From: an uncultured Chloroflexota bacterium
GTDB taxonomy: Bacteria > Chloroflexota > Dehalococcoidia > Lucifugimonadales > UBA826
Direction: 5' to 3'
Assembly (NCBI GenBank): GCA_913048525.1
Contig: CAJWWP010000003.1
Coordinates: forward strand, 7,190-71,189
DNA: 64,000 nucleotides
Shown here: one piece after another, positions 39,154 to 48,400 of the stretch
How the letters are laid out: each line of letters starts with the position of its first letter
How positions within the stretch are numbered: the first letter of the stretch is position 1
Made by a program: the position numbers and the translations under genes
The notes under the pieces: model-generated
The model's database searches: none
What the model was told of the DNA's origin: nothing
What the model saw: only the letters and a program-made list of their open reading frames with translations

Positions 39154-40797
39154 CTATTTGGAGTGTCGCCTTCTCTTGTGAAAATACCTCGGGCGACCGG
39201 TCTTTGATCGGCTATTCTGTCCGCTGGGCAGTTTAGGGTCCGTTGATTCCTCTTGGTCGAAAGGGATGTCAGAGGGTGGACCAGATTTTTGGGTTTTGCT
39301 TCCTTGAAAACCCATGAACCTTTTTCTTTTTCTTGGTTCTTCAGTTTTTAAACCTGAGTCACTCAATGAACTGAATCGATCACTGACAGGTTTCTTGGAA
39401 AAGCTTTGTTGTTCTCCTCTATGCTTATTATTCCTTGGAGAGAATTCTCTCGCAGAGGATCGATTTCCCTCCTGCCTATCGGAATTCCTTGTCCTATCCA
39501 TCGTCCTGGGAGACCGGCTGGTTCTGGGAGATCGGCTGGTTCTGGGAGATCTGTTGGTCCTGGGAGATCGGTTGGTTCTGGCAGATCCGTTGGTCCTGGG
39601 AGATCGGTTGGTTCTGGTATCAGTCGGTCCTCCCACTAGGTTTGGAGAAAAGCCGCCATAATCGAAATCGTCTAACTGACGTCGTTCTATCTGACCTCCA
39701 AGGATTTTTTCCACTTTGCGTATCAGTAATTCATCATCAGGTACCGAAAGGGTAAATGCCTCTCCGTTGCTTTCAGCCCTTCCGGTCCTTCCAATTCGAT
39801 GAATGTATGTGTCAACGGTATTGGGCATGTCAAAGTTAATTACATGGGTAATTTCTGTAACATCAATTCCCCGAGAGGCGATGTCAGTTGCTACGAGTAG
39901 GTCGTATTCTCCCTTTCGAAAGCCGTCTATTGCTCTGCGGCGCTTGTTTTGGGACATGTTTCCCTGAAGAGGGGCGACGCTGTATTTTGATTTTTCTAAG
40001 TCTGCTGCAAGAAATCGAGCGCGACGTTTCGTCCGAGTAAACACTAAGACCTGTCCGGTCGCAGTTTCACGAAGTAAATGAAGCAACATATTCTTTTTTA
40101 ATTTATCCGTAGTTGGATACAAAGTATGGCTTACCGTGTGAACAGGAGCTATCGTTCCTATTTGTACGGTCTCAGGATCCTTGAGAATACTTGAAGTTAA
40201 TTCTCGAATGTCATCTGGCATCGTGGCAGCGAAGAATAGGGTCTGCTTTCTTTTCGGCAGGTGCTTCAATATGCGTTTGATATCTGGTAGAAATCCCATG
40301 TCACACATTGTGTCCGCTTCATCCAATACCAGAGTTTCAACATGATTGAGATTGATTGTTCCCTCAGAAACGTGATCAAGGAGTCTCCCTGGACACGCGA
40401 CAGCGATATCTATGCCCCGTTTGAGTGATTTGTCCTGTGGGCTCTTATTCACTCCACCGTAGAGAGCTAAGCTCTTAAGGTTGGTTTTATAACCTAAATC
40501 GATAATCGCTTGATTTATTTGATCTGCCAACTCTCTTGTTGGCGCTACCACCAGGGCTTTTATCGGGCGATCACTTGTTGTAGCTTTTTTTTCCAGACTA
40601 TTTAGTAGTGGTAATACAAATGCGGCTGTCTTACCGGTTCCCGTTTGAGCCAGTCCAAGTACGTCTCTACCAGATATAGCTAAGGGTATGCATTGCTCCT
40701 GAATAGGCGTTGGTTCTTTATATCCTGCTTTCCTGACTCCATCGAGAACAGTAGCGCTAAGATTTAATTGATTGAATTCCAGTTTAAAACTCCTCAT
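39154..40797 (-). CDS. DEAD-box RNA helicase (RhlE/CshA-like) with basic repetitive tail
   Basis: Q motif, AQTGTGKT, PTRELA, DEAD, HRIGRTGRA; exact start uncertain. Confidence 0.95.
   Translation of the reverse strand: MRSFKLEFNQLNLSATVLDGVRKAGYKEPTPIQEQCIPLAISGRDVLGLAQTGTGKTAAFVLPLLNSLEKKATTSDRPIKALVVAPTRELADQINQAIIDLGYKTNLKSLALYGGVNKSPQDKSLKRGIDIAVACPGRLLDHVSEGTINLNHVETLVLDEADTMCDMGFLPDIKRILKHLPKRKQTLFFAATMPDDIRELTSSILKDPETVQIGTIAPVHTVSHTLYPTTDKLKKNMLLHLLRETATGQVLVFTRTKRRARFLAADLEKSKYSVAPLQGNMSQNKRRRAIDGFRKGEYDLLVATDIASRGIDVTEITHVINFDMPNTVDTYIHRIGRTGRAESNGEAFTLSVPDDELLIRKVEKILGGQIERRQLDDFDYGGFSPNLVGGPTDTRTNRSPRTNGSARTNRSPRTNRSPRTSRSPRTSRSPRTMDRTRNSDRQEGNRSSAREFSPRNNKHRGEQQSFSKKPVSDRFSSLSDSGLKTEEPRKRKRFMGFQGSKTQKSGPPSDIPFDQEESTDPKLPSGQNSRSKTGRPRYFHKRRRHSK
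39503..39610. repeat. 18-bp tandem repeat, 6 units, encoding RT(N/S)RSP in the helicase tail
   Basis: Units GT(C/T)CTGGGAGATCGG(C/T)TG and close variants. Confidence 0.9.
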
Positions 40798-40997
40798 TGA
40801 TTCGGTTTTGGGTTCTTCAAAAAACCGGTCTACCAAAAATGTAGACAGGTAGGAAGGCTAGTTACAAACAAGCTCGTATACAGGTGTTACTTTTAGAGAG
40901 AAGCTTTTCGATCGTGAGGACCTATATTAATTTCCTGGAGCTGTGTCAGTTTGAATCCAATATGTTTGAATCCATTAAAATTATACATTCTATTCTT

Positions 40998-42410
40998 TCA
41001 GGAATCATTGTGTTTTACTCTCTTTCCGTTAAGAAGCGTTCCTACTGGTGTGTATCTGACAAAGTAACGGTAGGATAGCAATCCCAAGGTTATGGTAAGA
41101 GAACATGACACCAAAAACTTGGACTCAGCCGTCCAATTCAACCCGGTATGAGTCAAGAGAAAACCAGAACGGTCGGCATGTGCTAGCCAGAAAGTAAAAA
41201 AGGCTACAACTGGTAGGTGCATTATGTATATCCAGTAGGAAGAATCCGCTAGCCACCGCTGCCATCTGCTGTTCCTTCCTGTCATTACGGCCTCAAATGT
41301 GCCCAGTAAAGCTATACTCAATAAAGCTGCAGAGAAGCCGTAGAATAGATTATTCAGTAGGCTAAAAAATTCTAATTGGCCAGTGTTTCCTGCTGCTTTT
41401 AGGCTGTCTGAAATGCCAGATAGTATCAAGTGTCCAAAATAGACTATGGTTGAAGAAATCCACAGTAATACAAGGGAACTTGAACGGGTTAGCAGGTTTA
41501 TCAAATCTCGTCGTTTCCACAAACCGAAACCATAAAAGAAAAATAGAGCGGTGTACATCAAGTCGGGTATGTTTACGGGCCAAATGGGCTTACTTTCGTT
41601 TTCCGCACGCAGGATAAGTAATATTACGGCTCCAAGTGCGAGGACGATTGGGATCCGTGAATATATTACGGCGCTAACATAATGAACGAAGGTAGGCCTG
41701 AATACTATTCTTATTAATCCTGTCGCAAACCCTGCTATTGTTATGAGAGCTGCGACCACGCCAGTAATAACTAACAGGCTAAAAGCTTTAAATATGCCTA
41801 TGCCTTCAAGTGGGCCTATTCCGTAAGCGTAGATTAATGCGCATAAAAATATGCACCAGGACATGAATATCAGTATCAACGAAGATTTCGCAGACCACAG
41901 TGATTTAGCGATAATAATCACTGAGTAGAGTAACAATAAGTAGTAGAGGAACCACAGATGGGCTATAAGGCCTCCACTGGATTTTAAATCTAGGCCTATA
42001 TCGCCAATGTTTTTAAGTGATTGTAGATCGAATGAACCAGTCCATCCATAGGCCCAGAGAAAAGGAACTAGTAGAGCCGTGGCAGTTCCAAAAATGAGCA
42101 AAGGTAATCCTATGTGGGTTACTCTGTTTAAAATCAAGGTTTTAAGCCCTCTTCGTTCCAAAAGCAGATGAGCAAAAAAGCCTGCTAGCAAAAAAAAGAG
42201 GGGCATTCGCCATACATGAATGAAGTCCATCATTAGCAGTAGAGGGACCGACTGGTCATCATCGGCTGGCCACATCCATTCAATGTTCAGGAGTTTTGAG
42301 AAGTAAGGAATGGATGCATGAAGTAGGATGCCTAGTAGCATCGCTATTCCTCGTAGTGCGTCGAGGCCTCTGTACCTTGGGTTTTTGTTCCCGACAGTTT
42401 CCCGTGACAT
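40998..42410 (-). CDS. Acyltransferase family 3 membrane protein (OpgC/MdoC-like)
   Basis: GLDALRG-AMLLG--LH, RMPLFF--AGFF, HLWFLYYL, SYWIY--HLP. Confidence 0.88.
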   Translation of the reverse strand: MSRETVGNKNPRYRGLDALRGIAMLLGILLHASIPYFSKLLNIEWMWPADDDQSVPLLLMMDFIHVWRMPLFFLLAGFFAHLLLERRGLKTLILNRVTHIGLPLLIFGTATALLVPFLWAYGWTGSFDLQSLKNIGDIGLDLKSSGGLIAHLWFLYYLLLLYSVIIIAKSLWSAKSSLILIFMSWCIFLCALIYAYGIGPLEGIGIFKAFSLLVITGVVAALITIAGFATGLIRIVFRPTFVHYVSAVIYSRIPIVLALGAVILLILRAENESKPIWPVNIPDLMYTALFFFYGFGLWKRRDLINLLTRSSSLVLLWISSTIVYFGHLILSGISDSLKAAGNTGQLEFFSLLNNLFYGFSAALLSIALLGTFEAVMTGRNSRWQRWLADSSYWIYIMHLPVVAFFTFWLAHADRSGFLLTHTGLNWTAESKFLVSCSLTITLGLLSYRYFVRYTPVGTLLNGKRVKHNDS

Positions 42411-42572
42411 TCTCACTACCATAACAACAATAAATAGATTTACGGCATATTCTAATTTAACCGGCTTCACAATGGTGCTAGAAAATCCGTTACACTGCGA
42501 CAAGTGTGTTGTGACACATACGATTCGACGCATACAAGGTGTCGATTCACATCTAAACTAAGGAGAATTCTC

Positions 42573-43562
42573 GTGGAATATCGTAGGTTTGGGAGGACTG
42601 ATATTAATGTATCAGTACTTGGATTTGGATGTGGTGCTGTGGGTGGTCTGATGGTTCGAGGTCAGCATGCAGATATGATTCGTTCTGTTGAGTACGCTCT
42701 GGAACATGGTGTTAACTATTTCGATACAGCAAGAATGTACGGAGATGGTCTTTCCGAAATTCATACGGGAGCTGTACTTCGAGAAATTGGAGCTGCCGAG
42801 GCAATAGTTGGTACCAAGGTTAAGTTGTCCCCAAGTGACTTTACTGATATTCCAAACGCCATTGCAACTCAGATTGAAAATAGCTTGGAACGACTCGGGC
42901 TTGATACTGTTGATATCGTGTATACCCACGATAGGTTAGGTATGAAGTCTTCTCCTGGCCAAGGCATAGTTTCTGAGCGGGAATTAGGACAAGTGGTTGA
43001 TGTCTTTGATAGATTCGTGAATGCCGGTAAAATCAGATATTGGGGTTTTAACGGATTAGGGGAAACTTCAGCTATAAAGACCTGCGTGGAGCAGTTTCGT
43101 CCAAGTGGAATACATACTTGCTTCAATATGCTAAACGCTTCTTCGGTGGAAGACGCCCCCCCTAGCTTTTCTTATCAGGATTACGAAAATCTATCCAGAG
43201 TAGCTTCCAATGTTGGTGCCGGGACCGTTGCTATTAGGGTGTTGGCCGCCGGAGCGTTAACTGGGACTCCGGAGAGGCATGAGATTGCCGCGCCAGCCGT
43301 TGCTCCAATAGCTACCGGTGAAACACTTGAGGAGGATTTTAATAGAGCCTCCGCTTTTAGTTTTCTTGTTGCGGAAGGCTATGTTTCCTCTATGGTAGAG
43401 GCTGCGGTAAGGTTCTCAATCAGTTTTGAAGAAATATCTACTTCTCTAGTTGGTCTGTCGTCATTTGATCATATTAAGCAAGCAATCTCTGCGGCCGAGA
43501 AAGGACCTTTGGATGGGGAAGTTTTAGAGCGGCTTAAAGGCCTTAGGACCACATTTATCTGA
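42573..43562 (+). CDS. Aldo/keto reductase
   Basis: YRRFGRT---VS-LGFG, GVNYFDTARMYG-G-SE, SLERLG-D-VD; AAGGAG RBS before GTG 42573. Confidence 0.9.
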   Translation: MEYRRFGRTDINVSVLGFGCGAVGGLMVRGQHADMIRSVEYALEHGVNYFDTARMYGDGLSEIHTGAVLREIGAAEAIVGTKVKLSPSDFTDIPNAIATQIENSLERLGLDTVDIVYTHDRLGMKSSPGQGIVSERELGQVVDVFDRFVNAGKIRYWGFNGLGETSAIKTCVEQFRPSGIHTCFNMLNASSVEDAPPSFSYQDYENLSRVASNVGAGTVAIRVLAAGALTGTPERHEIAAPAVAPIATGETLEEDFNRASAFSFLVAEGYVSSMVEAAVRFSISFEEISTSLVGLSSFDHIKQAISAAEKGPLDGEVLERLKGLRTTFI

Positions 43563-43628
43563 GACCCCTGAGCTCCAGACTATCTTCAGTAAGTTAAAGA
43601 CTAGTATCAACTTGAAGGAAAATGAATA

Positions 43629-44840
43629 ATGAAGATTACAGACATACAAACTTTTATCGTGGATGCAGGTTGGCGGCCTTGGATGTTTGTCAAAGTTGAG
43701 ACAGATGAGGGACTAGTGGGTTGGGGAGAGTGTTCGGATGGAAAGTCACCGCACGGCATTGAAGGGGTTATAAGAGATTTGAAACCCGTTTTGCTTGGGA
43801 AAGACCCACGGGCGTTTGAGATGCGTTTCAACGAAATGGCTATTAATACTCGGCAGAGTCGAGGGGGTGTTGCAGCCAAAGCACTTGCTGGTCTCGATTG
43901 CGCATTTATAGACATAAAAGCGAAGTATCATGGAATCTCTGTGGCTGAGCTATTTGGAGGGCCTACCCGCGATAAAGTTAGAGTGTATTGGTCTCACTGC
44001 GGCTCGAGCAGAATAAGACACGCCGATATACTGGGAACTCCTCCTATCGAATCTTGGTCAGATGTAACAGCGTTAGGAAAAGAGGTGAAAAGTAGAGGAT
44101 TTACTGCGCTGAAGACAAATGTTCTCTTACCTGGCGAGAATGCTACATTTGGAGGGGGATCAGTTGGAGGCTCGGGAACAACCGACCAGATTGCTCCCAA
44201 ATGGCTTGTTCCTCATATAGAGACCTTAATTGGAACGTTCAGGGATGCCGTGGGAGAGGATATTGATCTTAATCTTGATTTGAACTTTCACTTTAAAACT
44301 GAGGGGTGTCTTCGAATAGCGAAGGTTTTGGAACAATTCGATATGTTGTGGCTAGAGATAGACATGTATGACCCTCATAGCCTGCGTCAAATAAAGGACT
44401 CAACATCAACTAGGATATGCACGGGTGAAAATCTTTTTTACATGGAACAATACTTGCCATATTTTGAAAACCATTCTGCAGATATGTTCATGATTGACGT
44501 TCCATGGAACGGATTTAGCCAATCGAAAAAGATTGGTGATTTGGCTGAAGTTTTTCAACATAACGTAGCGCCTCATAATTACTATAGTCATTTGTCTAGC
44601 TATGTAAGCGCATCGTTATGCGCGTCACTCCCGAATGTCAGAATAATGGAAATAGATATTGATGATGTGCCGTGGAAGGATGACTTAACTACAAACACAC
44701 CTGAAATTGTGGATGGTTACATGACAGTTCCTACTTCTCCAGGCTGGGGTGCTGACATAAATGAGGATGTTGCAAAAGAGCATCCATGGGATGAAAACAA
44801 GCTCGTGTCGGTGACCTCACATGGGTACAAGGTTATATAG
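43629..44840 (+). CDS. Mandelate racemase family dehydratase (galactonate dehydratase-like)
   Basis: FVKVETDEGL-GWGE, ALKT, DLN, WLE, TGEN, APHN. Confidence 0.88.
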   Translation: MKITDIQTFIVDAGWRPWMFVKVETDEGLVGWGECSDGKSPHGIEGVIRDLKPVLLGKDPRAFEMRFNEMAINTRQSRGGVAAKALAGLDCAFIDIKAKYHGISVAELFGGPTRDKVRVYWSHCGSSRIRHADILGTPPIESWSDVTALGKEVKSRGFTALKTNVLLPGENATFGGGSVGGSGTTDQIAPKWLVPHIETLIGTFRDAVGEDIDLNLDLNFHFKTEGCLRIAKVLEQFDMLWLEIDMYDPHSLRQIKDSTSTRICTGENLFYMEQYLPYFENHSADMFMIDVPWNGFSQSKKIGDLAEVFQHNVAPHNYYSHLSSYVSASLCASLPNVRIMEIDIDDVPWKDDLTTNTPEIVDGYMTVPTSPGWGADINEDVAKEHPWDENKLVSVTSHGYKVI

Positions 44841-44851
44841 GCCATGAATTT

Positions 44852-46114
44852 GTGGTGGGTATGGTAGAGGATCTTTCATCAACATCCCCTAATGAAGATT
44901 TAGAAGGAACAATTCCAGAGGCCGGCTCTTACCGGTGGGTGGTTTTCTCCGCGTTTGTCGCTTGCAACACTGCAGGATTCTTGATTGCAAATACTATTGG
45001 AATTTTGCTTCCATCAATAACCGACGATATTTCACTGTCACCGACAGAGCAGGGGATTCTAAGTTCGGCTCCTTTTTGGGCTAATCTCACACTGATGATC
45101 GCGGTCAGCTGGTGGACCTCAAGATACCGACCGAAGATTTTAGTTTCGGTAACGATGTTATTGGGAGCTTTATTTCTATTTGTTCAAGGTTGGGCTCCCA
45201 CCTTCCTAGCCCTATTCTTCGGAAGACTAGCTTTTGGGGTAACTATGATTGCTAGGGAGCCAGCTCGGTCTCTGCTTATAAAGCAATGGCTTCCCCAAAG
45301 GGAAACAAATATGTCGGGGGGAATATCTAATCTTTTTTTTGGGATTATCGTTAGTGGGGGACTTCTGCTGACGCCGGCCATATTGAATTATTTTGATGGT
45401 AACTGGCGGCCAACCATGAATACATTCGGAGTTTTTTTCTTAGTTCTTGGTGTTATGTGGCAGATTCTAGGAAAAGAGAGAAATACCGCAAAAACCCTTG
45501 TAACTGATCCTGTCAGTACATCAGTAAGTGAGTTCTCCTTGGTAAAAAAAGCCTTTTCATTTAGGGAGATCTGGATAGCCGGAATCGGTTTTACTGGAGC
45601 AATGATGGCATTTTCTTCCTTCAACAGCTTTTTCCCTACTATGGCTTTAAATTTTTACGATGTTTCGTTAAGCGGTTCTGGATTGATCTCCGCAATGTAT
45701 GTATTGCCAGGAGGATTTTCTGGCGTTATTGTGGCTTATTACTTAAAAGGTGTCAGGGGTAGAGCACCTATTTTGGCCCTTGCAGGGATTGCTATGGCCG
45801 GCACTTACTGTGCGATGACAGTAACCGATTCATATCCCCTGCTTATTATTGTTGCTATTTTGAATGGTATTGGTTGGGGGTTTTTCCCTATTCTGTACAT
45901 GGTTCCCTTTCATCTCAAGGGTGTTCAGCCTCGAGAAATTGCTATCGCAGTCGCAGTAGTAATGTCTATGGCGCACTTGGGCTCCTCCGTTGGGCCGGCG
46001 TTAACGGGTTATATGCAGGAATCTTTGGGAAGCTTGCAAGTGTCTTTAAGAATGATTTCTTTAGCACCTTTGACGTTAGTTATTGCAGCGGTACTTCTCG
46101 GGAAAAAGCAATAG
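44852..46114 (+). CDS. MFS transporter
   Basis: ~12 TM segments in MFS spacing, co-oriented with the dehydratase. Confidence 0.82.
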   Translation: MVGMVEDLSSTSPNEDLEGTIPEAGSYRWVVFSAFVACNTAGFLIANTIGILLPSITDDISLSPTEQGILSSAPFWANLTLMIAVSWWTSRYRPKILVSVTMLLGALFLFVQGWAPTFLALFFGRLAFGVTMIAREPARSLLIKQWLPQRETNMSGGISNLFFGIIVSGGLLLTPAILNYFDGNWRPTMNTFGVFFLVLGVMWQILGKERNTAKTLVTDPVSTSVSEFSLVKKAFSFREIWIAGIGFTGAMMAFSSFNSFFPTMALNFYDVSLSGSGLISAMYVLPGGFSGVIVAYYLKGVRGRAPILALAGIAMAGTYCAMTVTDSYPLLIIVAILNGIGWGFFPILYMVPFHLKGVQPREIAIAVAVVMSMAHLGSSVGPALTGYMQESLGSLQVSLRMISLAPLTLVIAAVLLGKKQ

Positions 46115-46392
46115 CATGTCTCCGAATAGTCCGAATTGGCACGAGTAAAATCTGATGCCGGTCACCTGAGTTTATACGAAGACCGGAACTCATGGTAGGC
46201 CTATATGTCGGTAGAGATTTCTGAATAAAATACCGTTTAGAGCAGTGCCGATGCGGCAAAAACCTCAAGATGTAGTGTTGTCTAGCCACCGGAAAATAAC
46301 CCATGTTCACCGGAGTGTGGTAGAATCTAACCTCATATTTAAGTAGGCTGGGGGCAGAGAATGTTACCTGGCGGTTCGGAGTTGAGTAGAAC

Positions 46393-46644
46393 GTGAATAT
46401 CTATTGTGGAAATATAGCCTATACAACAACAGAAGATGATCTTAGGGATCTTTTCTCCCAGCATGGAGAAGTCTCGGCGGTGCGTGTTATAACCGACAGA
46501 GATACTGGAAGATCTAAGGGTTTTGGATTTGTTGAAATGGTGGACGATGGTCAGGCCAAGGAGGCTATTGAAGCCTTAGATGGTAAAGACTTTATGGGTC
46601 GAGATGTCAGGATAAACGAGGCCAGACCCAGAGAACCTAGGTAG
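46393..46644 (+). CDS. RRM (RNP-1) RNA-binding protein
   Basis: IYCGNI (RNP2), RSKGFGFVEM (RNP1), NEARPR. Confidence 0.93.
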   Translation: MNIYCGNIAYTTTEDDLRDLFSQHGEVSAVRVITDRDTGRSKGFGFVEMVDDGQAKEAIEALDGKDFMGRDVRINEARPREPR

Positions 46645-46657
46645 ATTCAGTTCTATG

Positions 46658-46691
46658 GGTTAACCCTCAACAGAATGTTTGAGAGTTAACC
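46658..46691. terminator. Stem-loop between the convergent RRM and amidohydrolase genes
   Basis: GGTTAAC-CTCAA / TTGAG-GTTAACC inverted repeat. Confidence 0.5.
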
Positions 46692-46744
46692 GAGAGGTTT
46701 CTTGTAAATATGTGACTTGGTGTCACAGAAAGTACTTTCGTGTT

Positions 46745-47767
46745 TCATTCCAGAGCGTAAACACGCTTGGCATTCTTGCAAAACATGTCAGCCCGTTCAG
46801 CATCTGAATAGTTAACTGACAGTTTTTTAAACGCGTTATACATTACGTGGTAAGAAAAGGACACTTTATCAACCGGAAAATTACTTTCGAACATTGATCT
46901 GGTCGTTCCAAATTTGTCGATGCAATAATTGATAAAAGGTTCCATGTCGTGTGCCAATTCATCCGAACCAATTGGGATATCTCTCAAATACCAATCGAAG
47001 CCCATAATTGGCATTCCCATTCCTCCTAGCTTCACCACAACATTTTCACATTCACCTACTGCCTCTATTCCTTCTTTCCAGGCCGGAATGGTTTCTTTGT
47101 CTTTTCCCTGATATGGGCCGATGCGTAGAAGACCACCTATGTGATTTAAAATAATAGTTAGGTCAGGTAAGGCCCTAGCGAATTCTGCAAGTTCGAGAAG
47201 TTGATGATGATAAAGCCATGCTTCGAAAGTCATTCCCATTTCAGACAGAGCTGCTGCGCCCTCCCTGAATGTGGGCTGAGACATTTGATGAGGGGTTCCC
47301 ATGGATGATGTTGATGCTAGTTCGGGATTTGGATCAGAGGTCAGACGATGTCTTATTCCTCTGAATCTGTTTGGACTGGCTATCCTTAAAGCCTCTAATA
47401 TAGGTTTAACCCGTTCCCCAAGGTTAAGGTTTGCTGAGCCGACTATGCCAGCCGCTATTTGGTGGTCACCATAGATACCACTAGCACTCGCCGCCGCTGT
47501 GCCTTGAACAAATTCAACTTCCCCTATGGAGCGTAATTCTGCCGGTCCGGAGGATCTCAGCATAGCCTCTGCTTCAATAAATACCGTAGAGCGTATATTG
47601 TGGCCAGAATCTATGTCTTGCAACAGTTCTTCTAGCAGATATCGGTGATGTGGGATTCTCTCTAATCTTTTATCCCATAGGTGGTGGTGAGGATCGCAAA
47701 TTTCTATATTTGGCTCCACAATGTCCTCGATTGTGAGACTTAACCAGTCGTTTCCCCCGTATGGCAT
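46745..47767 (-). CDS. Amidohydrolase (Amidohydro_2, lactonase-like)
   Basis: DPHHHLW, RFRGIRH, LNHIGG, MFESNFPVDK. Confidence 0.9.
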   Translation of the reverse strand: MPYGGNDWLSLTIEDIVEPNIEICDPHHHLWDKRLERIPHHRYLLEELLQDIDSGHNIRSTVFIEAEAMLRSSGPAELRSIGEVEFVQGTAAASASGIYGDHQIAAGIVGSANLNLGERVKPILEALRIASPNRFRGIRHRLTSDPNPELASTSSMGTPHQMSQPTFREGAAALSEMGMTFEAWLYHHQLLELAEFARALPDLTIILNHIGGLLRIGPYQGKDKETIPAWKEGIEAVGECENVVVKLGGMGMPIMGFDWYLRDIPIGSDELAHDMEPFINYCIDKFGTTRSMFESNFPVDKVSFSYHVMYNAFKKLSVNYSDAERADMFCKNAKRVYALE

Positions 47768-47817
47768 ACCTTTTCTCCCTTACTTGAGACGATGGATAGA
47801 TGTGTAAACTTTTCTTT

Positions 47818-47933
47818 CAGGGTTGGTCTTTCCCTCTCTTCAAGAGAGAACCATTGTACTCGGCGGTCTCCACCTATGTGTAAGCTGCTGATCCAATGCT
47901 CTTGCTTGAGTAATCTGGAACCAGGCCAATCTG
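47818..47933 (+). ncRNA. Candidate structured RNA (long interrupted hairpin), family unknown
   Basis: Nested complementary blocks with several G-U pairs on the plus strand. Confidence 0.35.
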
Positions 47934-48162
47934 TTCTCTTATACCTAGGATGAACGGGGTGAATTTTTCGCGTGTTTAATAAAAGCTAATTAAAAAATAA
48001 ATGTAATAAATTGAGATGATTTTTGATATTTAAATATAAGATTAATAGCTTGTTTACTTGATGTTTGAAGTCATATAAAGCACAATTATTTGCATAAAAG
48101 TTGGATAAAAAGTCATAAATCTATATTTAAATATCATATTTATCAATTGGAAGGAGGCTAGG

Positions 48163-48366
48163 ATGGTTTCAAGTGACTTAATGACTACCAAGGAACTATC
48201 AGAATATTTGCAGCTAGATCGCATGACAATTTATAAGTTGCTTAAGGCTGGTGACATACCTGCCAATAGGGTGGGGCATCAGTGGCGGTTCTTCCGGAAG
48301 GATATAGATGACTGGATACGATCAAAACAGGTTCGCCCTGGGTCTCCAGAAAGACTTTCAGATTAA
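48163..48366 (+). CDS. Excisionase-family (HTH_17) DNA-binding protein
   Basis: MTTKEL-EYL-L---TIY------IPA-RVG-QWRF---ID-W; AAGGAGG RBS. Confidence 0.88.
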   Translation: MVSSDLMTTKELSEYLQLDRMTIYKLLKAGDIPANRVGHQWRFFRKDIDDWIRSKQVRPGSPERLSD

Positions 48367-48400
48367 TCGCTGGTAATCGATTAATGAATAGTGAGGGTTT

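Noticed and set aside
39503..39610. Regular repeat as a possible CRISPR array
   Set aside because: Contiguous 18-bp in-frame coding repeats with no unique spacers and no cas genes.
48163..48366. Prophage or ICE suggested by the excisionase-like gene
   Set aside because: No integrase, att repeats or phage genes nearby; the flanks are ordinary metabolic genes.
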